Shown here: in pieces, positions 46,426 to 55,758 of the stretch | How the letters are laid out: each line of letters opens with the position of its first letter | How positions within the stretch are numbered: the first letter of the stretch is position 1 | Virus record (IMG/VR): IMGVR_UViG_3300042554_001073 | DNA: 64,000 bases | From: a virus | Strand: one strand, 5' to 3' | The notes under the pieces: generated by a model | The model's database searches: none | What the model was told of the DNA's origin: nothing | Seen by the model: the letters and a program-made list of their open reading frames with translations, nothing else | Position numbers and translations under genes: made by a program

Positions 46426-46953
46426 TCATACTGTTACTGTTTCACGAACAGTAGATTTCACATATTCTAGAACATTTTCCGGAGTAGTCTGCTCATAAGG
46501 GTCGGTGGTGGCATTGTCCCGTTGCCCATCTTCAACGAATAGTTTTTCGATGATTCCGTTATCCACGACCGCAGCATAACGCCAAGACCTATCACCGAAA
46601 CCAAGGTTGGACTTATTGACAAGCATTCCCATAGAACGTGTGAAGTAAGCATTGCCATCTGGAATGAGTTGGACATTCTTGATGTTTTGATCTTGTGACC
46701 AAGCATTCATCACAAACCCATCATTAACAGAGATGCAGTAAATAGCGTCGATGCCACTACCAATAAAGTCTTCATATTTCTCTTCGAATCCAGGTAGCTG
46801 ATAGGCACTGCAAGTAGGAGTGAAAGCACCAGGCAGGCTAAAAATGACAACACGCTTCCCATCGAAAAGTTCAGATGATGTACGATTTACAAATTCTCCG
46901 TTCTCACGAAACACAAATTCTACTTGGGGAACTTGATATCCTTCTTTACGCAT
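46426..46953 (-). CDS. Peroxiredoxin (Prx5/type II-like)
   Basis: FSLPGAFTPTCS...SVNDGFVMNAW...DGN..FT..MGM...RSWRYA; start ATG 46953 with GGAGG RBS. Confidence 0.9.
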   Translation of the reverse strand: MRKEGYQVPQVEFVFRENGEFVNRTSSELFDGKRVVIFSLPGAFTPTCSAYQLPGFEEKYEDFIGSGIDAIYCISVNDGFVMNAWSQDQNIKNVQLIPDGNAYFTRSMGMLVNKSNLGFGDRSWRYAAVVDNGIIEKLFVEDGQRDNATTDPYEQTTPENVLEYVKSTVRETVTV

Positions 46954-47003
46954 AGTAACCTCCATATTAGTATTTTTCCTTTTAAAAATATTGAACATAA
47001 TTA

Positions 47004-47147
47004 TTAATCAAAAACAGCAGTAACTCCCATTACTTTGGCATTTGGATTTCGTGCAAGTGCAGTTTCTCTAGCATCTTTATAATCTCTTGCCTCTACAGTT
47101 TCGTAGAAGACCTTTCCTGCCACATACAACTGCACTTTACACTTCAT
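47004..47147 (-). CDS. Hypothetical protein (47 aa)
   Basis: Hand-translated MKCKVQLYVAGKVFYETVEARDYKDARETALARNPNAKVMGVTAVFD. Confidence 0.6.
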   Translation of the reverse strand: MKCKVQLYVAGKVFYETVEARDYKDARETALARNPNAKVMGVTAVFD

Positions 47148-47148
47148 C

Positions 47149-47256
47149 TCACCAAATACCAGGGATGATTTGTCCAGTCAGGGCATAAGAACCCATTGCG
47201 GCAACGATACCAATCATCGCTGCCCAACCATTAATACGTTCTGCGCGTTCGTTCAT
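47149..47256 (-). CDS. hli: High-light-inducible protein (35 aa)
   Basis: [35 protein letters not shown] carries the AE.xNG.xAMxG chlorophyll-binding motif; missing from the ORF track. Confidence 0.92.
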   Translation of the reverse strand: MNERAERINGWAAMIGIVAAMGSYALTGQIIPGIW

Positions 47257-47546
47257 TTGTTTTCTCCTTGATAAGGGTGTTTTTGTTTTAGTTCAGGATT
47301 GGGTTGAGAAGGAACCACTGGGTTCCTTGACTTGTTTTTAATGATGATGAAAGCATCATTTTGATAGGTTACAGTTCCAAATGGTTTTGCCCATTTTGGA
47401 TTTGCGTTTGGACTAGTAGCAGTTCCTGTTACTGCCACACCACCAATCTCAACTGATAGTTCATCGTTACGATCCCATCCAAGAGTTTCAAGAGCAATAG
47501 CAAATTGCCCTAACATAGCAACAGATGATGGTTTAATTTCTGTCAC
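47253..47546 (-). CDS. Hypothetical protein
   Basis: 97-aa ORF overlapping petF and hli. Confidence 0.6.
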   Translation of the reverse strand: MTEIKPSSVAMLGQFAIALETLGWDRNDELSVEIGGVAVTGTATSPNANPKWAKPFGTVTYQNDAFIIIKNKSRNPVVPSQPNPELKQKHPYQGENK

Positions 47547-47836
47547 AGGTTCTCTTCCTGCTCAGTTAGGATCACACAATCGCTAGTCGGATATGCCACA
47601 CAAGTGAGGATAAATCCTTCAGCAACTTGGTCATCATCAAGGAATGATTGCTCACTGTTGTCAACCGTTCCACTAATCAGTTTTCCAGCACAGGAAGAAC
47701 AAGCTCCAGCACGGCAAGAATAAAGCATGTCGAGACCTGCTTCTTCTGCTGCTTCTAGAATGTACTGGTCATCAGCACACTCAATAGTAGTTTCAGTACC
47801 GTTAGGAGATTGAAGAGTAATGTTAAAAGTAGTCAT
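47543..47836 (-). CDS. petF: Plant-type [2Fe-2S] ferredoxin
   Basis: [11 protein letters not shown]...[13 protein letters not shown]. Confidence 0.96.
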   Translation of the reverse strand: MTTFNITLQSPNGTETTIECADDQYILEAAEEAGLDMLYSCRAGACSSCAGKLISGTVDNSEQSFLDDDQVAEGFILTCVAYPTSDCVILTEQEENL

Positions 47837-47922
47837 TAGTAAGTGTCACAGAGTTTTTCAACAGATGCTGCCAACAAAACGAAGAAGGCAACTGATGTTA
47901 TTGTAAACAAGAGTGAAGTCAT
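47836..47922 (-). CDS. Micro membrane protein (28 aa)
   Basis: [28 protein letters not shown]; TAATG overlap with petF. Confidence 0.55.
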   Translation of the reverse strand: MTSLLFTITSVAFFVLLAASVEKLCDTY

Positions 47923-47931
47923 TGTCAAGTA

Positions 47932-48141
47932 TCAAACTACTCCAAAGAAGAGGTTGCCAGTGAGAGCATAAGAAATAGCCCCAGCAACAATACCGACCAT
48001 AGCCCAGCGTCCATTCATTTTCTCCGCTTTTTCAGCATAGGGTTCGATGCCATAACGCTCAAGGTCTTCCTTGGTCATGTACATAGAGGGTTCTTTGGCA
48101 AACATATTCATTTGCCCGAACTCGTTTTTAGTTACAGTCAT
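47932..48141 (-). CDS. hli: High-light-inducible protein
   Basis: AEKMNGRWAMVGIVAG..SYALTG. Confidence 0.92.
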   Translation of the reverse strand: MTVTKNEFGQMNMFAKEPSMYMTKEDLERYGIEPYAEKAEKMNGRWAMVGIVAGAISYALTGNLFFGVV

Positions 48142-48167
48142 TTCGCTTTATTACGAATTGTTACACA

Positions 48168-48205
48168 ATTATATAGCAAAAAGAAAGGGATGTCAAGCAT
48201 CCCTT
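48168..48205 (-). promoter_or_regulatory. pstS terminator fused with the hli/petF operon promoter
   Basis: AAGGGATG-CTTGA-CATCCCTT-TCTTTTT, and within it TTGACA-17 nt-TATAAT. Confidence 0.78.
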
Positions 48206-48221
48206 AAGGTTTTATTTGGAT

Positions 48222-49187
48222 TTACTGACCGATTCGGTTTACGGCAAGTCGTGCTCGATTAAGAATAGATCCACTCAGAGGAACATATCCAAGGTCATCG
48301 GCAATTGATTGTGCCTTTGAACTCAGAGCATAGTTGAGTGCGTTACGAATAGCAGTGGTGTTAGAACCATTACCTGTACGATAAGCAAGAATCCAAGTCA
48401 GAGTTGAGATTGGATATGCATTTGCGCCAGCAGGATTTGGATTCTCGCCAGCAAGGTTTGAATCCAGTTTAATACCATTCAGAGCGGCAGAACCAGCAGC
48501 AGCGGTAGGAAGAACAAACTTACCTGCTTTATTTTGGAGTGCTGCTGCTTGAAGTTTATTTGCTTTCACAAATCCAGTGTTCACATAACCAATTGCCCCA
48601 TTGCTTTGACGGATGCGACCAGCAACACCCTCATTACCCTTAGCACCTACACCAGTAGGCCACTTAACAGACTTAGCAGCACCAGCAGTCCAACCACCAA
48701 ATGCTTTCAATGAGTTAGTGAAGGCATATGTAGTTCCAGAACCATCAGAACGATGAACAACCATCATAGGACCAGCAGCACATCCAACTTGCTTCCAGTT
48801 GTTAATACGACCAGCAAAGATATCAACTGCTTGCTTCTGAGTGAGTTTCAGGTTACATCCAGGTTTGTTATAAGCAATAGCGATTGTACCACCAACCATA
48901 GGAATTTGGACGACACCGCGCTTTACTTTGGCGGAGTCTGCTGCGCTGATTGCTTCGTCACTTGCTCCGAAGTTAACTGTTCCCGCAATGAATTGACGAA
49001 CACCAGCACCAGAACCAACGGACTGATAATTAACCCTATTCCCAGTAGCTCGTGCATAGTCAGCAAACCATCGTTGATAAATTGGGGCAGGGAAAGTAGC
49101 GCCTGCACCATTAATAGTGGGTCCAGCAAGAGCAGCAGCAGGAGCAGCGGCAACTAGACCAACAGCAAAAATATTTTTCAGTTTCAT
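48222..49187 (-). CDS. pstS: Phosphate ABC transporter substrate-binding protein
   Basis: INGAGATFPAPIY...NYQSVGSGAG...FGASD...HRSDGSGTT; signal peptide present. Confidence 0.96.
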   Translation of the reverse strand: MKLKNIFAVGLVAAAPAAALAGPTINGAGATFPAPIYQRWFADYARATGNRVNYQSVGSGAGVRQFIAGTVNFGASDEAISAADSAKVKRGVVQIPMVGGTIAIAYNKPGCNLKLTQKQAVDIFAGRINNWKQVGCAAGPMMVVHRSDGSGTTYAFTNSLKAFGGWTAGAAKSVKWPTGVGAKGNEGVAGRIRQSNGAIGYVNTGFVKANKLQAAALQNKAGKFVLPTAAAGSAALNGIKLDSNLAGENPNPAGANAYPISTLTWILAYRTGNGSNTTAIRNALNYALSSKAQSIADDLGYVPLSGSILNRARLAVNRIGQ

Positions 49188-49222
49188 AAAAAGTTTTTAG
49201 AAGTGAATTGACTTCGTAATCA

Positions 49223-49267
49223 ATAATAATGGAAGGAAACCTTAAAGTCCACTAAGGTTTGGTTAAG
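49223..49267 (-). promoter_or_regulatory. Putative pho box plus -10 element of pstS
   Basis: CTTAACCA, CTTAGTGG, TTTAAGGT repeats at 11- and 10-nt spacing (consensus YTTAAYYW), then TATTAT 10 nt downstream; no TTGACA. Confidence 0.5.
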
Positions 49268-49282
49268 GTTTTGATTACCTAA

Positions 49283-49312
49283 TAAAAAACCACCCCAGAA
49301 AGGGGTGGCTTC
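49283..49312 (-). terminator. Intrinsic terminator after the porin gene
   Basis: AGCCACCCC-TTTCT-GGGGTGGTT-TTTTATT. Confidence 0.8.
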
Positions 49313-49333
49313 ACTCAAGTTATGAGTATGTTA

Positions 49334-50803
49334 TCAGAACTTGAACGTCGTCTGGATTACGCCACCCCAGTTAGAGGAGTTGCCAGCAAGACGCTGATTG
49401 TCACTACCGTAGATGATAGCAGGAGTGACGCTGATGTTGTCAGACACTTGGTACTTGTAGAAGATTTCAAGCATCGTGGACTTCTCAAGGTTAGAACCAG
49501 TAGGAGCTTGACCGATAGCAACGCCAGCAGAGTTGCCGTCAACAAACACATCATCCCAAGTCAGACCAGCAAACCAGGATTGACTGTTGGTAGCAGCACT
49601 AGGAGTACCACTCACAGTGTTCCAGCCATAACCACCAGAGATGGAAGGAACCCAACCAGATTCAGTGGGTTGCCAGTATGCGTTGATAGCATAACCGTTA
49701 GAAGTTTGACCAGGAACCAGAGTACCAGAAGCACCATTCAGACCGTTGTAGGTACGAACACGGGTGCCTTCAGTACCATAACGATAACCAAAAGCAGCAC
49801 CCCAGTTATCACCACGATAACCGATTTGAGCCAGAGTGTTGAGAGCACCAGAACGGTCAAACTCACCAGTAGAACTATCGTTACCATTTTGAGCAACGTA
49901 GTTTACACCAGCAACAAGACCTTTCTTACCATACTGGATACCAAAACCAGAACCAGTTGCCTTGTTATACACACCAGGAGCACCTGCTACTTGGAAGAAG
50001 TCAAGAATGTTTGACTTATAAGCAGTAGGAATCCAAGCGATTTCTGTGTTACGAACCAGAGCACCAGCAGTAAGAGTGGTGCTACCGTTGAACATAGGGA
50101 ACTGATAGAACAGACGGTCGATAACTACGTTGTTACCAACTTCGCTGGAAGTATCATCTGCTTTATCCAGTTTGAAGATAGACGAGCTGGAACCGAAAGG
50201 ATTGCTGCTGAAGTTAGCAGAACGAAGACGGGTACGCAGAAGGTCCTTACCAGTGAACGAGGTATCAAGGTTCAGACGCAGATCGTAGTTAAATGCTGTA
50301 CGAGTTACATCGCCACCTTTGGTTTGATAGTTATCAACACCACCGATTACGAAGTTTGCTTCACCACGAAGTTTGGTTGTGGTGGAGAACTGAGTTGCTT
50401 CAAGTTCAGCAACTTGTGCTTCCAGACCATCTACACGACCCTTGAGAACTGCGAGTTCAGCGCCAAATTCATTCAGAAGTGCTTTCAGTTCATCAGTAAC
50501 TTCAGTTACACGATCCAGGCAAGCATTCAGAAGTGCCGCTGCTTCATAACGGGTCATAGCACGACCACCACGGAAGGTGCCGTTAGGATAACCAGCAACG
50601 CAACCATAACGCTCTACGAGGTTAGAGAGTGCCTGATATGCCCAATCAGTAGGTTGAACATCAGAAAATTGAGTGACGCTTGTGACCTGCTCAGAGGAGG
50701 TATATTGGTTGACTGCTGCCATGTTAAGGTCTGCGGCATTCGCAGCAACAGGAGCAACCATACCCAGAGCAACAGGTGCAAGCATCAGTTGTTTGAGTTT
50801 CAT
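49334..50803 (-). CDS. som: Cyanobacterial outer-membrane porin (Som/OprB-type, SLH domain)
   Basis: FSDVQPTDWAYQALSNLVERYGCVAGYPNGTF.G....TRYEAAALLNACL (SLH), coiled coil, QFSTTTKLRGE, C-terminal TTFKF. Confidence 0.93.
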   Translation of the reverse strand: MKLKQLMLAPVALGMVAPVAANAADLNMAAVNQYTSSEQVTSVTQFSDVQPTDWAYQALSNLVERYGCVAGYPNGTFRGGRAMTRYEAAALLNACLDRVTEVTDELKALLNEFGAELAVLKGRVDGLEAQVAELEATQFSTTTKLRGEANFVIGGVDNYQTKGGDVTRTAFNYDLRLNLDTSFTGKDLLRTRLRSANFSSNPFGSSSSIFKLDKADDTSSEVGNNVVIDRLFYQFPMFNGSTTLTAGALVRNTEIAWIPTAYKSNILDFFQVAGAPGVYNKATGSGFGIQYGKKGLVAGVNYVAQNGNDSSTGEFDRSGALNTLAQIGYRGDNWGAAFGYRYGTEGTRVRTYNGLNGASGTLVPGQTSNGYAINAYWQPTESGWVPSISGGYGWNTVSGTPSAATNSQSWFAGLTWDDVFVDGNSAGVAIGQAPTGSNLEKSTMLEIFYKYQVSDNISVTPAIIYGSDNQRLAGNSSNWGGVIQTTFKF

Positions 50804-50872
50804 AAAAGTGTTTTAGTACTAAACGACATTTAGATTATTAAGAATTACAACAGAATTCTTAAGTACTTATTT

Positions 50873-50901
50873 AGTTTACTACGAACCTTTAACCTTGTCA
50901 A
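50873..50901 (-). promoter_or_regulatory. Porin promoter
   Basis: TTGACA-17 nt-TAAACT, with the -10 overlapping CTAAATA. Confidence 0.65.
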
Positions 50902-51701
50902 GAGTTTTGCTGTTGGGTAAAAGAACTTTCTGTTACTCTTCCAAGATATGGATCATAGTTCATATAATCTTTGATATCAATCTGAGCTCCATTTTGCTGC
51001 CAGAAATTTGATAGGGCATCATAATTTCCTTTATGAAAAGCATCAATGTGTTCAGGATGGATAGATGAACCAAGTTCAATTCTGTAAAGAAGAAGAGGAA
51101 TGCTATAAGTGTTTCCCGAATTGTAAATCAAATCATCTGCTACTGGTCTTGGTTTTACACCATTATCCAGTCTATATTTTTCATCACCTTTGACATGATA
51201 CTTAAGTAGTTTTTTAGCATGGTGTCTAGTGATTAGATAACAAGCGGTAGAAAAATCATTCACAAATCTCTTGTGAAGTTTTACATGAATATCTCCAGTA
51301 CAGATAATGGCAATCTGAACTACATCCCAATCATATGGAATATGTGAGTAGAAATCTTGCCAGGTAAAGTTCCAATACTTTACCAAATCTAAGTTACAAT
51401 CATCCTCCATGATGATAGCATAAGAACTATCAGAGTTTTCATACCAATATTTGATTGCTTTAAGATGTGACGTAATACATCCGATTTCGCCAGATGACAT
51501 CATTTCAGGATAACGACCAGTAATGATATCACTCAAATCATCATCTCTACCATCATAAGCAGAGATTCGTGTATAGTTTTCAATCTCCCAATACTTAAAT
51601 TGAGATTCCATATAATCCCTTCTTTCAATCTGCTCATCAAGATTGATGTAGTATATCGGACCAATATTTTTAAGTTTGAAAGTTGATTTGTTCTTATCCA
51701 T
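50898..51701 (-). CDS. Glycosyltransferase family 25
   Basis: YINLD...RR, RISAYDG, GEIGC..SH, IMEDD, STACYLI. Confidence 0.85.
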   Translation of the reverse strand: MDKNKSTFKLKNIGPIYYINLDEQIERRDYMESQFKYWEIENYTRISAYDGRDDDLSDIITGRYPEMMSSGEIGCITSHLKAIKYWYENSDSSYAIIMEDDCNLDLVKYWNFTWQDFYSHIPYDWDVVQIAIICTGDIHVKLHKRFVNDFSTACYLITRHHAKKLLKYHVKGDEKYRLDNGVKPRPVADDLIYNSGNTYSIPLLLYRIELGSSIHPEHIDAFHKGNYDALSNFWQQNGAQIDIKDYMNYDPYLGRVTESSFTQQQNS

Positions 51702-52527
51702 TATACTTTTTAAGATAGTCCTGTTTTGAATAATACTCTAATAGTTGCTCTCTATTCATCTGCTGTATTTTTTCCCACTCTTCCATATTAGAAGACATGT
51801 ATGGATTATTGAACCAAGAGTTTTCTCCCCTCGAATGCTCTAGATGATAGACATAATTATTGATTCTACCAACATTATATCCCAGAGTTACAAATCTGTA
51901 AAATCTTTCTTTATCTTCTGGAGCGTATGCTTTAAAGTTTTCATTTTCCATTCCACCATCAATGTAGACTTGGCGGTTAAAGAACTGAACCCAACCAAAA
52001 TCTGATGTATGAACATTCGAATGTTTCTCAAGATAATCAAAGTCTCCAGTTTGTAAAAACTGAGAAACTACTTCATCAGTCGCATTAACTTGTTTCTGAT
52101 ACATTCCTTGCCCATAAGGATATATTACATCATGAGTGTGATGAAGGATTGATTGATATGCTTCGTGATAAGAATCTAACGGAAGTAATACATCACAATC
52201 ATAGTTAACTACTATTTCTGTATCAGTAGAAATGATCATTTCATTTAGAACCTTTTGGCGATGAAATAATGGTTCATCACTTTTTTCAAAGATATGTTGA
52301 ACATCTACATCAACTTCCAAAATATCTTTAAGGATAGGAAGAGCATCTCTTATAAAGATTGACTCTGAATCAACTTCTTTGATTATAATATTTGTATTAA
52401 AGTTTTCAAGAAGAAACGCTGTGGATGTAATAACATTTCGCAGTCTATCTGGAGATTCAATGCGAATTGGAATGATAAAGGTAGCTTTAGATAAATCAAT
52501 TCTAGAATCCATCACAAAACAATCCAA
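51694..52527 (-). CDS. Glycosyltransferase (GT2/GT7-like)
   Basis: FIIPIRI...DRLRN, NYDCD (DxD), GGMENENF..Y..EDKE, YHLEH. Confidence 0.75.
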   Translation of the reverse strand: MDCFVMDSRIDLSKATFIIPIRIESPDRLRNVITSTAFLLENFNTNIIIKEVDSESIFIRDALPILKDILEVDVDVQHIFEKSDEPLFHRQKVLNEMIISTDTEIVVNYDCDVLLPLDSYHEAYQSILHHTHDVIYPYGQGMYQKQVNATDEVVSQFLQTGDFDYLEKHSNVHTSDFGWVQFFNRQVYIDGGMENENFKAYAPEDKERFYRFVTLGYNVGRINNYVYHLEHSRGENSWFNNPYMSSNMEEWEKIQQMNREQLLEYYSKQDYLKKYNG

Positions 52528-53360
52528 TCAGAACAATATAGGTCTTTCGTATCTTTGTCAGCATAGGCAGGACCAAACCACATTTTTGGAGCAATCACTT
52601 TCTTATTTGGGTTAGATTGTAACCATGCTCCCCACCAACTCATAGAACTATTGGCAATGATGGCATGTGAACAAAGTGACATCAAACAAAGATCCGTATA
52701 GGGTAAAAAGGATCCATCATCATACTTATACTGAGGTTCCGAAATAAAAAATCTGTCACCAGAGAAAAACTCCTGCTCTTTAACCCAATCAACAGAATCA
52801 GAAAATACAACTACAGGTTGATTTTCATCAAACTCATGTAGTGCCTTTTCATAATATTCCAATGACTGAACTGGATGTTGGTCAGAACAATTTACATATG
52901 CCCATTTAAATCCTCTTGGGTCTACAAGATTTGGATCTCCACGGCGAACATGAAGCATAATGGGTTCTTGACCATCAAACTGTTCTATAAACTCTTTACA
53001 AGGTTCTAAATGCTCATCCAAAAAAGTGAAGTCCTGTCGGATGATATCTGAAATATGCTTGAAATATTTTTCAGACTGAAAAAATCCATAGAGACTTACG
53101 TTGTCGGGACAAGTCTCAAATAGATTTTCGTCAAAATGGAAATGCCCCTCTTGGACATAATTTTCACCTTCAATGTATCCCACAGGAATGTGATCGAATT
53201 TGAAGCATTCGTGAAGACTATAGTTCTCGATTCCTTTATTTTCTGGTGAAGGAATTGTAATGTCATACTGATGTTTTGCTGCGATTCCACGTAGGGCAGC
53301 AAACTCAAACATTTGATTTCCAAGACGACCAAGATGACCTAGATGATTAAAACCTATCAT
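52512..53360 (-). CDS. Glycosyltransferase family 11 (alpha-1,2-fucosyltransferase-like)
   Basis: GRLGNQMF, GFFQSEKYF, HVRRGD, IIANSSMSWWGAWL. Confidence 0.88.
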   Translation of the reverse strand: MIGFNHLGHLGRLGNQMFEFAALRGIAAKHQYDITIPSPENKGIENYSLHECFKFDHIPVGYIEGENYVQEGHFHFDENLFETCPDNVSLYGFFQSEKYFKHISDIIRQDFTFLDEHLEPCKEFIEQFDGQEPIMLHVRRGDPNLVDPRGFKWAYVNCSDQHPVQSLEYYEKALHEFDENQPVVVFSDSVDWVKEQEFFSGDRFFISEPQYKYDDGSFLPYTDLCLMSLCSHAIIANSSMSWWGAWLQSNPNKKVIAPKMWFGPAYADKDTKDLYCSDWIVL

Positions 53361-54226
53361 AAGAATTTCAAAAGATTATTTACTCGATTGATGAAGGTAT
53401 GATTTTCTTTAACGTAACTCATTGCCTCTTTCATATTTACACTCTGATTAATCTCCGCTTCCAGAAGATTTTGATATAGTGTTTGTGGGGTTCCACCAAA
53501 AACAACATAATCACCAAGAGCACGTTTTACTAATGGTGAGTTGGTTCCAGTGATTCTACCATAACTAATATTCTTCCACATCCTACATGGAACATATCCA
53601 TGCTGAAGATGAAAATCGCTTCTAAAATCTGGACATAAAAAAGACTCTCTAATGAGATTCCGATTTTCTTCATCACTGGCATTCTGCGTATAAACCATAA
53701 ACTCAACGCCATGATTCTTACTTATGATATTAGCAAACTCCTGTGCCCACCAAGGACCTTGTTCATACAACATTGCGACATAATGTAGTTTTTTTGCTTT
53801 AGGATTAAATACTACATAATCATCAACATCAATCTCACTTGGAAGAAGATCGGTTCCCCATGGTTGATATAATGTTCTAGTTTGACTATCCCAATATGTA
53901 AGATCGGAAATCTTTTCATGGACTTCCTCTCTTGGTAGATAGTTTCCCAGTTTTAAAATATTCTCATAAGGTATTCCTTTTTCAACAAGTTCGCCCTCAG
54001 GAAAATGATGTGTAATATACTTACAATCTTTTCTTATTGGCAGACCTCTCTTTACAGAATCTTCAACAAAAATTAAAGAGTTTGATACATCAACGGAATC
54101 TACATCAGTTGTATCAACCCAATAAGTTTCCCACCCAAGTTCCTTAAAAGCCCTATAGTATCCATTCTGAACATAACTATGAGTCGATGTATGTAACTTA
54201 TGTGCCCAGATTATTACTTTGTTCAT
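53357..54226 (-). CDS. Putative glycosyltransferase (CgeB/GT-B-like)
   Basis: Context plus C-terminal CRMWKNISYG...HTFINRV pattern. Confidence 0.5.
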   Translation of the reverse strand: MNKVIIWAHKLHTSTHSYVQNGYYRAFKELGWETYWVDTTDVDSVDVSNSLIFVEDSVKRGLPIRKDCKYITHHFPEGELVEKGIPYENILKLGNYLPREEVHEKISDLTYWDSQTRTLYQPWGTDLLPSEIDVDDYVVFNPKAKKLHYVAMLYEQGPWWAQEFANIISKNHGVEFMVYTQNASDEENRNLIRESFLCPDFRSDFHLQHGYVPCRMWKNISYGRITGTNSPLVKRALGDYVVFGGTPQTLYQNLLEAEINQSVNMKEAMSYVKENHTFINRVNNLLKFL

Positions 54227-54969
54227 TCAGAATATTCCCAAGTATCAAAAAAATCTTTATGCTTTTCTTCAAGATATTCTAACTCACTTTGAATAAACTG
54301 CCAAGAGGTTCCGTCACCCTCAATAACAATATCATAATTTATTTTTGAAGTTGCGTTATTGGGATGTTGTCTACCTGTTGTCAGAACATCATTTATAATA
54401 AGAGGCATACCATGTCTCATACGAAGACGATGATACCACTCATGATCCATACTTAGAGATACGTTTGTATCAAAATATTCAATATCCCGATTTCTAATCG
54501 TAATATTTGTAGGACAACCCAAAAGATTATTACCAACTAAAAGATGTTCGGGATATTGAGGAACTCTAGTATCAAAGTAATTAACAGAATCATAAGTATG
54601 ATTAAAAGAATTGACCAACCAATACTTATCACTATTATCCAAGGAGTCTACAATAATTTTAAAAGCGTCTTTAGAATAAAGAAAATCATCACAATGTAAG
54701 ATTTTAATATACTCTCCCTTACACAAATCCATTACAAAATTTGAATTGGCAGACATGCCAATGTACTCAAGATTCTTTTTATAGACAATATTAAATTTAT
54801 CTTCATAAGTCTTACACAATGTTTCTGCCAAATCATTTTTTGAGTTGTCAGAAATAACAACCTCATAATCGGTAAAAGTTTGTTCTAGTATACTATCGAG
54901 ACATTGTTTTAAATAAGACAAATCTCTTTCATCTTTAATATAAGTTGGTATGGCAACAGAGATTTTCAT
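54223..54969 (-). CDS. Glycosyltransferase family 2
   Basis: ISVAIPTY, CLDSILEQT..DYEVVISDN, GEYIKILHCDD. Confidence 0.88.
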   Translation of the reverse strand: MKISVAIPTYIKDERDLSYLKQCLDSILEQTFTDYEVVISDNSKNDLAETLCKTYEDKFNIVYKKNLEYIGMSANSNFVMDLCKGEYIKILHCDDFLYSKDAFKIIVDSLDNSDKYWLVNSFNHTYDSVNYFDTRVPQYPEHLLVGNNLLGCPTNITIRNRDIEYFDTNVSLSMDHEWYHRLRMRHGMPLIINDVLTTGRQHPNNATSKINYDIVIEGDGTSWQFIQSELEYLEEKHKDFFDTWEYSE

Positions 54970-55757
54970 AGTAAAGTCCAGTGAGGTAAGTAAAGATCTT
55001 GTGTTGATAAGTGAGAACCACCAGAAGAATACCAGTTCTTAGGAGCAACGACATTCTTAGAATCTGCTAACCATGCTCCCCACCAACTAAATGAACTGTT
55101 GGCAATGATATGATGAGTACACATAGTCATCAAACAAAGGTCCATAAGATTATTGCCAGTTTCAGAAACTAAAAATCTATCTGGTTTAAACAAGTCCTGC
55201 TGCTTACACCAGTCAGTATCATCAGAAAAGATGAGAACTGGAAGACTGCTATCAAATTGTTCCAGTGCTTTTTGGTAGTATTCAAAACTACATTGTCCGT
55301 GAAAAGAGAAATGTTCTGGTTTCAAGTAGTCAGTTCTTCTTACATGTAGAGATATGACTTCATCAAACTCAAATGCTTCTTTGCATGGATTCCAAATTTC
55401 ATCCACAAAAGCGAAGTCTTCACGAATCTGATTTTCAATATTCTTAAAGTATTTTTCTGACTGAAAATATCCGTACAGACTTACATTATCTGGGCAGTTA
55501 TCTACAAAGTCCTGAGAGTAAACATGAGAACAGTTATCAGGTTCTTTATAATAATCTCCCTCAATGTATCCAATATGCGCTACACTAGGTAATTTGAATG
55601 CTTCAAATAATTGATGTTCATTCCACTGATCTCTAAAGTCTGAAGGAGGAATGGTAAACTCATAACCATTGCTAGCAGCAATACCTCTTGTGGCAGCATA
55701 CTGAAACATCTGATTGGCAAGTCTACCATTCTTCCCCAGGTGATTGTATCCAATCAT
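54966..55757 (-). CDS. Glycosyltransferase family 11
   Basis: GRLANQMFQYA, HVRRTDY, IIANSSFSWWGAWL. Confidence 0.88.
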   Translation of the reverse strand: MIGYNHLGKNGRLANQMFQYAATRGIAASNGYEFTIPPSDFRDQWNEHQLFEAFKLPSVAHIGYIEGDYYKEPDNCSHVYSQDFVDNCPDNVSLYGYFQSEKYFKNIENQIREDFAFVDEIWNPCKEAFEFDEVISLHVRRTDYLKPEHFSFHGQCSFEYYQKALEQFDSSLPVLIFSDDTDWCKQQDLFKPDRFLVSETGNNLMDLCLMTMCTHHIIANSSFSWWGAWLADSKNVVAPKNWYSSGGSHLSTQDLYLPHWTLL

Positions 55758-55758
55758 A

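Noticed and set aside
49322-50833. Plus-strand ORFs of 230 and 169 aa
   Set aside because: Antisense shadows of the porin gene; no RBS or recognisable motif.
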